Source: Welwitschia mirabilis
Lineage: Eukaryota
Length of the DNA stretch: 51,955 bases
Assembly (NCBI GenBank): GCA_051453625.1
Contig: JBOZIK010000001.1
Coordinates: forward strand, 37,608,788-37,660,742
Direction: 5' to 3'
The notes below the pieces were generated by a model that saw nothing but the letters and a program-made list of their open reading frames with translations, made no database searches and was not told the DNA's origin. Position 1 is the stretch's first letter. Each line of letters begins with the position of its first letter. Shown here piece by piece: positions 13,948 to 26,509 of this stretch. The translations under genes and the position numbers were made by a program.

Positions 13948-14540
13948 CCTAGATAGATAAGTATAGCTAACCATAAGAATATAGATCTGTCTAAACAGTG
14001 TTAGCTTCACAAGGCTCCGAGCACCTTTCCCGTCAGTCTGGGTGGACGATCTGAGATGCTTGATTGACCAGATTATTGAAAAAAGAATGGCACAGTAGCA
14101 GATCACATCCAAGTGAAGCAACATCTAAGCCGAGGTAGCCCAATCCCTTTTGGCAGAGCTGGTTTTCCCAATAATAACTGTTAACAACATTGGCAAGAAC
14201 TTGCAGAGAAATGATAACAGTGAATAACATAACCTCTTTCAAAAACAACGATTCAGTTCCAATGAGAGTTATAACAGTGAATAACATAACCCCTTTCACA
14301 AAGCAAAGCAGACAGAAAGCAATATCCCTTCAGTTCTCCTGATAAATGACTTATCTCATACCTCACATAAGAGATCCAGAGATATCATAAGCAGGATACC
14401 CCCATGAGAACATGAATTATATGGAAATTGCCCCGGTTTTTCTAGTGGATGAGGATCCAAACCCCAACCAAGATTAGGCAGCAGATAAAGAAAATGAAAT
14501 AAAGCTTTGGTAATGGGGTCTCGCCCACGGAGAGGTAGTC
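13948..14540 (-). pseudogene. GPR107/GPR108-like (lung seven-transmembrane receptor, plant CAND6/CAND7-like) gene fragment with stops and frameshifts
   Basis: Across frames: DYLSVGETPLPKLYFIFF...VW...*KNRGNFHIIHVLMG / LLMISLDLLCEV*DKSFIRRT / DIAFCLLCFVKGVMLFTVITLIGT...SLQVLANV / LDVICYCAILFSIIWSIKHLRSSTQTDGKGARSLVKLTLFRQIYILMVSYTYLSR. This matches the family's DYLS.G..PLP, IH.LM, LCEAEDK, FTVIVLIGTGW, PLQVLAN and TDGKAARNL.KLTLFRQFY motifs. Both termini are missing. Confidence 0.9.
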
Positions 14541-15120
14541 CTAGCAAGGCTAAAAGCAGCATCATTATAGAAACCACAATCAAAGAATAGCACACGTTCT
14601 GAAGAACATTTTAGATATTATCCAAGTGGCCACTTATATTTAATTCAAGACATGTAATTGCAATGTTTCTCTTTTGATTCATATCACCAATTGCATCTAC
14701 GTCATTTTCAGAGACGATACTTTCACTAAAGGCCACAGTTTTAGTAAGAAAAAGATATTTAGTTACATTTTTTTTTTTCTTTCCTGTGAGATATTCTTGA
14801 TCAGAAGCATAATCCTTTAACCGAAACACTCTTATAGAAGTCCTCTTTTTGAAATTTCCTTGCACTCTGACTAAAATCTAAGGATATGCACAATCCTTAA
14901 GAACTAACACCTTTGTAGGACAAAAGGCTTTAATCAAAGTAGAATAGGATGCACCACTCAAGTGAAATATTTCACTGTTTCAAGTATTTTTTCAATTAGT
15001 TTTTCCTTTAGTATGCATGATTAACAATATATTCTTACTTGAGCGATGGTTAGAGTTAGTGCTAAACAAAAGCCAATGATCATAGTAACAAGACATCATA
15101 ATAAATGATGATTTAAAAGG

Positions 15121-16206
15121 TGTTGCGCTGCCAATTTGTAGTTATTTGATAGGGTTTTATGAGCTATTTTGCAGGACATTTATACAAGTTTAGATGCAAG
15201 TCTGAAGATTTTGAAGAATCAATAGAAGATCTCAGAAATATGAAGATTTTGAAGAATCAATAGAAGATCTCAAAAATATGGAATTCTTAGTATTATTTAA
15301 TGCACATTTTGATACTCATGGCTATGGAGGAAGATTATTGATAGTAAAGGCCAGCTTCTCCTCACTTAAATGAATAAAGAAGATTGTCGTCCCCTCTATC
15401 CTTCCCACGACAAATAGGACAATGACACTATTAGATTCTAACATGGACTACTGAGTCATCTACTGAGTTACCTGTTGAGTAATCTTTTATAAGGAGTTGT
15501 CGTCGCCATCAACGTCTGGACGATAGATAGAATGACATTGACAGTGTAGCCAACTCTGACAACCGACCTTTCACTATTTTGTCTATTTCTTCTTTGTAAA
15601 GGAGCACGTATTGCAGTGCCTTGTCATTTTCTAGTTTGTAACCCTATAAATAAGACTCTCCTTCAACTCTTCTCTCTATCTTTGTTACACAGGAAATTCT
15701 CATAACAGGATATCAAAAGGTAAGAGATCCATCTCGAGAGTTGCAAAAAGACATTCCCTTAGTGGACGGTTATGTATTCTTCATTGACGCCCAGTTATTT
15801 TGTAATCTAGATGTTTGGTTTCTTTTAATATAAAACCGTATTTGTCATATATGCATGTTAGTTTGTTAGACGTTCCTTATGGTTTATATTACTCTTAATA
15901 TGGTGAAAATTTCATTAGTAATATATATCATTAAAGGTAGTCTTTATTAAGGCTGAAAGAAAGTAGTTTTTAGTTGCATTTACATTTGCATTATATCTTT
16001 ACTTTCTGCATGGTTCTTTAAGTTCAGTTACTTTACGTTAATGAAAATCAATCGTTGTTCTTTTCTTGTAAGTCTTCAATAAGATACGATATTCAAGATT
16101 ACTCCCCACTAGAGTAGTATGTTATATTGTGCAAAGATAGCTATTTTATTTATAAATGACAGGATCTTTCTGAATATAAACGTTTGCATAAATACGCACC
16201 ACAACA
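15121..16206 (+). repeat. 5' LTR
   Basis: Colinear with 22871-23956. TATA-like CCCTATAAATAAG near 15642. Carries a 38-bp tandem duplication (15203-15278) absent from the 3' LTR. Confidence 0.9.
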
Positions 16207-17479
16207 AATTAGCACCATTGCTAAAAAGGTTGTTGAGGAGTATAAGGATTGTTGTCATTTGGGTGAGTAAATCAGATCTTTTTTTGGTTATTTATTTGTA
16301 GTGATGTTGTATTTTAATTAGGAACTATAGGTTTTATTTTGTTTGTAGTTTTTCAGTTTTAGTTTCTATTGTGAAATAACTATCGTTCCCTCTGTCATCC
16401 TCAAGGCAGTCAAGATGATAGTATGTGATTTTAGTTTGCATTTTTTGTTTTATTTTTAGATTTCAATTTTCTATAATAAAATCAGTCTTTGTTATCTCTT
16501 CTATCATCTGGATGGACCAGGAGGATGATAGCATGTCTATATTTTCAGTTTTCGACCTCCTACTCTATTAAGTTTTTATTTTCTACTCTCTATGTACATC
16601 ATTCCTTCTGCCATTTTCATGATGGATAGGATGATAATATGTTGTTTTTTATTTTGTTTTCTATTATTTTATATTTGCAGGATGCTGTGACATGGTCAAC
16701 CTAGAGAAGAAGTATCAAAGAGAAAGAATGTTGATAAAAAAGAACATTAGAGAAGGACTAGTAAATTTAGAAATTAAATCAAAAAAGCAATTTCTTGGTA
16801 CATATAATCCTCTTTCTAAATTTATTTTTTTCTAAATCAAACCCCATTAAAGAAAATCTTATTGAAGGAGAAAATTGGTGTACAATGTTGAGCACTACCC
16901 AAAAAAAAAGTAAGTTGTATGATTCTTAACTCCTAATCCTAATGTAAACCTTAACCTGAGGAAATGGCTAGCTAATAAAAAATGAGATATTCAAACCCCT
17001 TTTGATTTACCCTTAGGAGACGATGTTAAACTAAAGAACCTAAATGCCTATCCAACCTTTAGTGGAGAAGATGATGAAGATACCCTTTAACATATTACAG
17101 ATATAGAATAATTAATCTTACCTCAGGGAATGGAAAGAAAAAATTAGNNNNNNNNNNNNNNNNNNNNNNNNNNNNNNNNNNNNNNNNNNNNNNNNNNNNN
17201 NNNNNNNNNNNNNNNNNNNNNNNNNNNNNNNNNNNNNNNNNNNNNNNNNNNNNNNNNNNNNCTTTATCTTATTTTCTATTGTTCTCTATTTGCAGGATAC
17301 TATAATATGGTTAACGTAGAAAAGAGATGTCAAAGAGAGAGGTCGTTACTAGAGAAGAACATTAGAGAAGAACTAGTAAACTTAGAAATCAAATCAGAAA
17401 ATCATTCTTCAGGTGCATACAATCCTCCTTCTAAATTTATTTTTTCTGAATCAAACACATTAAAGCAAATCTTGTAGAA

Positions 17480-18300
17480 GGAGAAAATCAATTTACAATG
17501 TTGACTACAATCCAAGAAAAAAACAAGTTCTAGGGTTTTCAACTCCTAGTCCTAATGCAAACCTCACTCTAATGGAATTACTAGCCAATAAGAAATGAGA
17601 AATTCAAAATCATTTGATTTATCCTTAGGAGATGATGTTGAACTAAAGAACCTAAATGCCTATCCAACTTTTAGTGAAGAAGACAGGATCTCTTTCAACT
17701 TATTGCAGACATAGAATAATTAATTCCTACCTTAGGGAATTAGAAAAAAAATTAGTAATAGAACATACATGGGAATCTTTCCCATGACATTAAAAGAAAA
17801 GACTAAAAATTGGCTAAAAACTATCCCATACAAAATTCTAAAATTTTGGGGTTAGATCTAGAAAACTTTCATTAAAAGATTCATTACTGAAGAAACTATT
17901 AAAAAAAGGAAAAAGAAAGTAATAAACTTTCAACAAAAATCAAATGAGGATTATGCTTCCACATATGAATGTTTCTTTGTAGCAACCTATTCTAATCTAG
18001 TAGATGCTTTTTTATAAGAAAAACTAGTTAACTATTTTTATAGTGAACTAAATCCCCACATAAAACAACTTATAAACTTCTCTTGTGGTGGAAACCTTAT
18101 AAACCTCGCATTAGAAAATGCCTAGAAAATATTAGAAGAACTTGTAGAGGTTAGTCAAACTTGGCCAACGTCTAAAGAAAACCATATTATAGGCCCACAT
18201 ATCAAAGATTTAAAAGAGTTTAAATAAGAAAATAAAGTGGACTACAACCTTGCAAATATGATTAGAGACTTTACAACAACTTTGAAAAATATACTAAAAT
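17480..18300 (+). pseudogene. gag remnant
   Basis: DDVELKNLNAYPTFS.., GIFPMTLKEKTKNWLKTIP, INFQQKSNEDYASTYECF, LVNYFYSELNPHIKQLINFSCGGNL: Athila-type gag motifs interrupted by stops. Confidence 0.8.
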
Positions 18301-19149
18301 GATCTTAAATGCCAAATCAACAACTAAGAGAAATGTTGTGCCAAATTGATAAGGATAATTATCACCTTACCAAGGATTGTCCACTCTTACCAACATACAA
18401 AAAGAAAATACATAAAAAAGTTTGCACCTTCAATCAAACATTTCTAAACATTATAAATCAAAATCAGGCACAACCTAGGTTGAATACACTTTTTGAAAAG
18501 AACTCTCAACCTTTTAAAAACCAATTCGAAAACTCAAACTTTTAACCAAGTACATCAAATTTCCAACATCAAGATGATTATCTTCAAAACTCTATTGATA
18601 ATTTTACAAAATTATAAGAGAAACAAAATGGCAACATTGAAAGCTTAGTAAATGTCCTTCAACAAACCATGTTGGCAAACTAAAGACCTCAAGGAACATT
18701 AGCTATACAACATTTACTAAAACCCAATGAAATAAGAAAAGACTATAAGGTTATGACAAGAAGTGGAAAAAAAATAAACCCTCCTTCTTATGAAGCATCA
18801 ACCTCTCAAAATAACATTTAAGATGATGAGGAAGAAGAGGAAGACATTAAAATATTATAATATTATAACTTTCCTTCTCTTAGTAAAAATAAAAGAAAAA
18901 TTCTTTACAAAAGCAACCAGCTCTCCCTTGGCTTGATAACTTAATAATAATTTTATTTTTAACGAATATTTTAAAGCCTTAATGAAAAATATAAGTATAA
19001 ACTTACCTTTCTAGAAACTTTTACAACAAATTATAGGGTACTCAAAACTATAGAAAGATTTAACAAGAAGAAAACAAAAGTAAGTTATCCCTAGCAAAGT
19101 CTTTCTAACAGAATCCCTCACAAATTTAGTGTTATAAAAATATTTTAAA

Positions 19150-19587
19150 TTTAAAGATCTAGGGAAAGCAACGGTAAATGTTATGTTAGAAGGAAACAAA
19201 AAGATTAGGAGAGCTTTAATTAACAGTGGAGCAAGTGTTAATATCATGCCACTACACATTTGTAAAAGACTTGGTTTAGAGGGTAGAATAGAGCCTACTC
19301 AAATTGTTTTAGAGTTAGCAGTTACTTTAGTTAAGAAACCCTTAAGGGCCATCAAAGATCTAGTGATCCAAATTAAAGAAGCTTGCTATCCAATAGATAT
19401 AATTATCATAGAATTCAAATTCAATAGAGGATACCCATTACTTCTAGGACAAGCCTTCTCTGCAACAGCCCACTGCATTATTGTTACAAGGATAGGAATG
19501 ATGAAGTATTACCTCGAAAATAAAACATTTTTATTTAGAGTTTTTGATGTAACTAAGAAAGACCTAGATGATGAAATGGACCTATAA
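19150..19587 (+). pseudogene. Retrotransposon aspartic protease (catalytic Asp changed to Asn)
   Basis: FKDLGKATVNVMLEGNKKIRRALINSGASVNIMP...LELA...PLLLGQAFSATA matches KDPG...AL.DLGASVN.MP...PLLLGRPFLATA. Confidence 0.85.
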
Positions 19588-22500
19588 GATAATATCAAAC
19601 CAACTTTATTCATTCAACATCATTCTTTTGAAAAAAGAGAGCTAACATTACATGTTGATCCACTTGAGATTAAAAATTTAGAAATCATTGATAAATCCAA
19701 CCTTGAACATGATTTTTTAGATGAAAAAGAAATAAAACCCTTAGATTTCAAGGAAGTTTATCTCTTAAATAAAAACTGACACCTTGAGGGAGATTATCCA
19801 CTGCATGAGCTAGAAATTGAAAATCATAATTTGAACTTAAATCTTAACAAAAAATTTCTAATGGACTAGAACATATTTTCCTTTATAATAATTAAAACAA
19901 AACTTTCTAAATCAATGTAAATATTTTACTAGAGTCAACATTAATCTCTCCTTTGACTTCCAAAATTCATGCTTTTATAAGGTCTCATAGAAATTTACTT
20001 CTCGCTCTCTTCCTCCAATTGATTTTACTCAAAAATAATTATATACCTCTTATGTTTTATTAATTGGTAAACATCTGGTTTGGACCTTATTTACCTGAAA
20101 GAAGGTAATATCCTTAGACTATCAAAATACATCATTTCCCTTTTTTCTTTCTTTTCAATTAAAAGTGTGACTAGATTTTAGGATTTAAATAAAATTTATT
20201 TTTACTTTGATTTAGTGTTTCTTTTTTTGTCTTATGTTTTATGATTTTGAATTTTATTTTATTTTTAGATTTCTATTTCAGTTTTCTGTGTGTGTCGTTC
20301 CTTCTGTCATCCCCATAACAGTCAAGATGACAGTCTTTGTTTTCATCTTATGCCTTTAGTTTTCTGCTAGATTTCTGTTTTCTGTCTTTACTTTCTATTT
20401 TTATCATCCTCTCTGTCATCTGGATGATGTGAAGAATGATCGTCAGTTAATTTGCTTTTCTATTATACATTTCTGATGTCTCTATTAAGATTTTTAACTT
20501 AACCACTTAAGAATTTTAGGAAGTTAATGGGAAAAGGCTGAAAATTTTCAAGCAACTATCTGAATTTTCTCTTAGTTTTTTTTTTTAGAGGCTATTATGA
20601 TATTACTTAATCATCTTTTAAACATGATTTATGTATTTATTTTCATGACTAGTCTTTGACTTAGGCATTTTACAATGGTAAGATTGGATTAACCCAATCT
20701 TAAGACATTGATACATCTGTGAACTTTAGTTTAAAGGAAGATGATTCATTTTTAATATTTTTCTTAATGGTGAAAAGGTATTAGATTATTTAAGGATGTT
20801 TGTTTCTGTTTTCATCTTATAACTTCATCTTTGTCTTTTAGAGTATTTGGTCATGTGAAATGTTTTCATGTTTGCTAACAACATAGAAGAGTGAAATAAG
20901 GTCATGATGCTTTCTTTATATTTGAGATATTTCAAAAACATGGTCATCATGATTTCCTATCATAAGTACAATGGGGTAGATATTTCTGAAATATTCCTTT
21001 AGTAGTGTAATATAGTAGCTGTGGAAACTCCACTAGGAGGTCAGTTAACCATGCTTCATAGGTCTTTACTTCTCTAATGGTGGTTGCACTCCCCTCATCA
21101 TGGATAATAAAATAATAATAAAAACTAGGAGGCTATGGGATTAGTGGTGTCCTTAGTATCATTAGAGGTATTGCTTATTTTCTAGACTCTTAATCCTTCT
21201 ACATGATCATTTCAACTCTTAAGATTCTAGTGTTTGTTTTGAGATGTTGGTATGTGAGTTCATTTTTGAGTAATTATTTGGTCTGGTCATTTATTATTTA
21301 AAGCATTTCAGTTTTAGCATTATCATAACCACTGCCTTATTGAATAGAATTTTTTATATATTAAGTCACGCATTTTAAAATCAAGTGATTTATGATTTGT
21401 TTCATGGAAGACTACTAGGTTAAAATGTTAGATAGATAAACTATCTTTTATTTATGTTACCTTATGTCCATTTTTTTAATTTTCTTTTATGGTTTGGTTC
21501 ATTATTTCAAAGCCATTTTTGTATTTNNNNNNNNNNNNNNNNNNNNNNNNNNNNNNNNNNNNNNNNNNNNNNNNNNNNNNNNNNNNNNNNNNNNNNNNNN
21601 NNNNNNNNNNNNNNNNNNNNNNNNNNATTATTTGGTCATGTGAAATGTTTTTTTTATACCAAAAAAAAAAAAGAAGAAGAATAAGAAAGAGAGGTAAAAT
21701 AATACTATGATATTTTATTTGAGATATTTTTAAAAAATATGGTTACCATAATATCCTACCATAAGTACACCAGGGTAAATATTTCTAAGAGAAGCCTTTA
21801 GAAGTGTAATATGATAGCTGTGGAAACTCCACTGAGATTTCAATTGGCCATGCTTTATGGGTCCTTACTTTTCTGACTATGGTTGCACTCCCTAATAAAA
21901 TAATAAAAACTTGAAGGCTATGGAATTAGTGGTGTTCTTGATGTCATCAAAGGCATTGCTTGTTTCCTAAACTCTTAGTCTTTCCACATGATCATTTCAT
22001 TTCTCAAGATTCAAATGTTTGTTTTGAGATGTTAGTAGGTGAGTTCATTTTTTAACAACTCTTTGGTCTAATCATTCATTGTTTAAAACATTTTATTTTT
22101 AGCATTGTCATAACCACTGCCTCATCGAGTCAAATTTTTTATACATCAAGTTATGCATTTTAAAATTACATGAGTTATAATTTCTTTCACCGGAGTCTAC
22201 TAGGTTAAAATTTGAGATAGGTAGGCTATCTTCTTTATGTTGCCTTATGTCCATTCTTTCTATTTTCTTTTGTTGTTCAATTAGTTATTTTAAAGTCATT
22301 ACCGTATTTTCTTATCATTTAATGCTTTTGTTATTTAGTTTTCAATAAAAAGTTGATTTTTACTTGAATAAATAATTTTTTGATGTTTATTTTCAGTTAT
22401 TTGGAGTTCTTAATAATGCTCATTATCATTTTATGATAAAACATTTTCTTTGCTTGTCAGAATATTTCATTCATTTATATTTTTCTAAATTTGACATTTC

Positions 22501-22870
22501 TTTACTCAGCTTTGCACTTAATTTAAAAAGATATCCAAATTTCAAAACATCCATCATCTACCTTCTCAGTTCTGTCTACTTTCTTTGCTTTGTTATCTAA
22601 TAGGGGACATATTTTTTTTTCCTCAAGTAGGAATAGGACCCCTTTTCATGACTTATTTTAACAATTTTTTAAGTTATTTCAAAGCTTTCATGAGATAAAA
22701 ATTTAAAATTTTCATACACATTATGCATTACACATTATTTTACTATGTGATGTGTTTTATGAGCCTATTTTATAATTTTCAAATTAATTTTTTATAAGAT
22801 AAATTGGCTTGTAATTAGGATTTTTCGCTTAGTTTTTGTTAGGGATGGATAAATGCTAAGTGGGAGGCTA

Positions 22871-23956
22871 TGTTACACTACCAATTTTGTGGTTATTTGA
22901 TGGGGTTTTATGAGCTACTTTTTAGGACATTTATACAGGTTTAGATGCAATTCTGAGGATTTTGAAGAATCAATTAAGATCTCAAAAATGTGTAATTCTT
23001 AGCATTATTTGAGGCATTTAAGGCACATGCTGATATGCATGGCTATGGAGGAATATTATTGATAGTAAAGGGAGCTTCTCCTCACTTGAATGAATAAAGA
23101 AGACCATCGTCCCCTCTGTCATCCCCATGATAGGTAGGACAATAACACCACTAGATGCTGACATGGATTGCTGATTCATCTGCTAAGTCACTTGCTAAGT
23201 AATCTTTTATAAGGAGTTATCATCCCCCTCATCGTCTGGATGATAGACAAGATGACACTAATAGTGTAATTAACTTTGATAGTCGATCATTAACCATTTT
23301 GTCCATTTCTTCTCTATAAAGAAGCACGTATTGCAGCATCTTTTATTTGTCATTTTCTGGTTTATAACCCTATAAATAAGACTCCCGTTCAACTCTCCTC
23401 TTTATCTTCATTGCACTAGAAATTCTTATGATAGGAGGTTGAAGGACAGGAGATCCATCTCGAGAGTTGTAGAAAGACATTTCCTTGGTAGAGGGTTGTG
23501 CATCCTCCATTGAGGCCCAACTATTTTATAATCTATATGTTTGATTTCTTTTAATATAAAACTCCATTTTTTATTTATGCATGTTATTTTTTCAGATGTT
23601 TCTTATGATTGATGTTGCCCTTGATCTAGTAACAATTTCATTGGTGATATAGGTCATTAAGGGTAGCCTTTGTTAATGCTGGAAAAAAGTAGTTTAGTTT
23701 TATTTTGCATTGCATTTAGTTAGTTGCATATGCATTTGCATTATATCTTTACTTTTTGCATTTTTCTTTAAGTTCAGTTACTTTACTTTGGTGAAAATTA
23801 GTCATTGTTCTTCTCCCATAAGTCTTCAATGAGATACAACATTCCAGTTTACTCCCAACTATATTAGTGTGTTGTATTGCATCAAGATATCTATTTTATT
23901 TACAAATGATAGGATCTTTTTGAATATAAATGTTTGCATAAATACATACCGAAACA
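22871..23956 (+). repeat. 3' LTR
   Basis: Direct repeat of 15121-16206, followed by TSD AAAGG. Confidence 0.9.
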
Positions 23957-24944
23957 AAAGGTAAAAATGCAAAAATTAAATAACAACATGGTCAAAGAGG
24001 ATAAGTTATTTTCAGGAAATGGAGTAATGATATGACAAAAAAAAAGAGATAATCGTGTATAAGGCTGTGAAATGCTTCAAGAAGAAAATGAGATAGGAAG
24101 GGCATGATTTGTAATAATAGTATCCAAGGGACTAAAGTGATGAGTGGATTAATGAATGTTATATATGTATATTAATAATTGGAATTAATAAGAAAACTAA
24201 TAAACATGACAAAATGATCAAAGAAAAGGTGAGTAAGTATTGCCTAAGGTGTTCATGTGAGGTGAGAATGATAAGGATGTGTAAGTTCGCCCTTATAGGA
24301 GCAACAATTTTAGAAGGAAACAATTAGCATTAGTGATACTAGGGGATGATAAGAGGGGAATTTGAAAGCCAACATTACAATAGTCTATCACAATGTGTTT
24401 ATTTTGTATCACTCACTGACATAGTAGAGCCTCTGTGTTATCACAAACTATCGCAGAAATAGAATTATATGTCACACTATGAGCTATTATAAGATTCATC
24501 ATAATCCATTGTTCTTTTATCATGTTATGATAGAACTATTATTTGAGCTTAAATTTCTTTTTCTAATTAAGTTAGAATTTTAATCTATTAAAGGAATTTG
24601 TAAAAAATTTTGTTATTTTTAACCAACTTCTGCATCTTAAATTCTCAATTAAAATAAATTAGAAAATTAATTAAAATAAGGTCTTCTTAAAATTTTGGTT
24701 ACTTCAGTCATCTTATTCAATTTTTTTTAGCATTTAACTTGTAATCATTAACTATCTTCAAAAAAAGTTTTAGAGCTAGTTATTTGGATTTTATAGAAAA
24801 GACTATGTATACCTACTTACAACTTTCATTATTTTGAGATACATTGTAAACATTTTGCACCAATAAAGCAAGAGGATGATATATGAAAAAGTTAGAAGAC
24901 TTAGGGTAGAGTCCTACATCAAAGGCCAAGATCTAAATAAATAT

Positions 24945-26440
24945 TGTAAAACCCCTAATTTAGTTTAAAGGAAATCAAATTACAAGTTAATTGCATCATT
25001 GCAACATAAAATTATCTTTCAAAAAATGTAAACTAGGAAGTAAATTTTTGGAAATTTATTTAACTTGTTTATAGGAAGATAGTTAGAAAGAGTTATATTT
25101 TATTCCCAAAAAAAATGCTTTTTTAAGTTAATAAGATTATTTCTTTTATTTTTTTTATAAGTAAATTTTAAGTTATTTTTTTAGATTATCAATTTTATGC
25201 ATAATCAAGAAGATATAAAATAAACTATGTGGGTTAGAAATCTAGTCTCCAATTACCTAAAACCTTCTTTACCCAATCTTGAATTAAAAAATTTGAAAAG
25301 TTTATGTCACTCAATAATCCTAGCTAAAAGTAAAAATTCATAGCAAATAGAAAATCAAGGAGAAAATACCTTACAAACCAAAGAACACATAAAATCTTAA
25401 TGATAATTAGTCTTCTCAAGTAAGTCTATCTATATTTGATCCAATTGAAAGGTTTAACCAATATTACTAAAAACTCTAAGATTTCATTATTAACTTAATG
25501 AGGAGGTATTTAGTGGGATATTAAACCTAGAAGATACATCTTTTATAACCCAAACACCTCTTAACCATTGCAATTTACTAAGAAATATTCAACTAAAACA
25601 ATGTTTAAACCATTTGAAAACCTATTAGAATTTACCTTTACTCAATTATGATACCTATTCAACTTTCTAGTCAACATGATTTAAAAATCAAGGAGTAATT
25701 CTACTACCCTAGAGGGAGTAGTAGAAGATACCAACATAAGAGAAAACTCATTGTATGCAACCTTATCCTTTTATCTAGTAGGACCCTCTTACATGCTAGA
25801 ATTTGTGCCTGAATTAAAAAAGAAAAAAAAAGGAAAATAAATTATTGAACTAAAATCATAATAATAACAAACAAGTATGCCTTCAAATTTATGTAAACCC
25901 ATTAATTAGATGTAAGAATTTAATGCATATTTATCTAGATTCACTAGTGCAATGTAAAAAAAGTATTCAAATTGGTAATAACTAAATAAAAATGAAATTG
26001 AGAGACTTGGGTATACAATTACAAATGTTAATATTGTATATAATCCAATTTACAATTAAAACTTATTTTAAAATGTAACTTCACACTGCATGTTAACAAT
26101 GACATTTTCATTAGGAAGACTTATGATAACTTCTAAAAATTATGCATTACCTATAAATTAGAATTAAATGTTAAATTAAAATGAATTCAATTATGTTAAT
26201 AAATGTACATTCAATGTAATCAATGCAACTATTCATAGGAGTTAAGGCTCATATAGCTCTCATATATACCCAACATGATCAAACTCATATTTAGGAGATC
26301 CATGAATTCTAGTTTATAGCTAAGGCAAAATACGGATTCATAACTCATGCAACTAAACCAACTTAGGCTTCTCTCAGAAAATCAATTGTATCTTAGAAAT
26401 TCATGAAGGACTAATGCAACTAACTTTGCTAACCTAGTCA
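24945..26440. repeat. Possible Tekay/Del-like LTR remnant
   Basis: Begins TGTAAAACCCCTAATTT, similar to the TGTAACACCC terminus of Tekay LTRs. A-rich non-coding body. No partner LTR or TSD found. Confidence 0.3.
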
Positions 26441-26509
26441 AGCATTTAAGGATTTGAACTTTCCACATGGATAGGTATATGTGGGATTTTTAGTATTCCT
26501 ATTAAGATT

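Larger units (their letters stand above)
15121..23956 (+). mobile_element. Athila-like Ty3/gypsy LTR element, gag + protease only (non-autonomous)
   Basis: LTRs 15121-16206 (TGTTG...CAACA) and 22871-23956 (TGTTA...AAACA). Perfect TSD AAAGG at 15116-15120 and 23957-23961. Decayed PBS AATTAGCACCATTGCT after the 5' LTR, and AAGTGGGAGG before the 3' LTR. Gag and protease remnants are present; no RT, RNase H or integrase seen. Contains two assembly gaps. Confidence 0.9.

Noticed and set aside
13804..14595. Functional 7TM receptor gene
   Set aside because: In-frame stops, frameshifts, internal deletions and missing N- and C-termini.
14611..14865. 84-aa ORF as a second identifiable gene fragment
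   Set aside because: No family recognised. Kept only as part of the chimeric-island hypothesis.
16382..16637. Repeat-spacer pattern resembling a CRISPR array
   Set aside because: Only 2-3 degenerate repeats per cluster, spacers ~70 bp, embedded in plant retrotransposon LTR and leader, and no cas genes.
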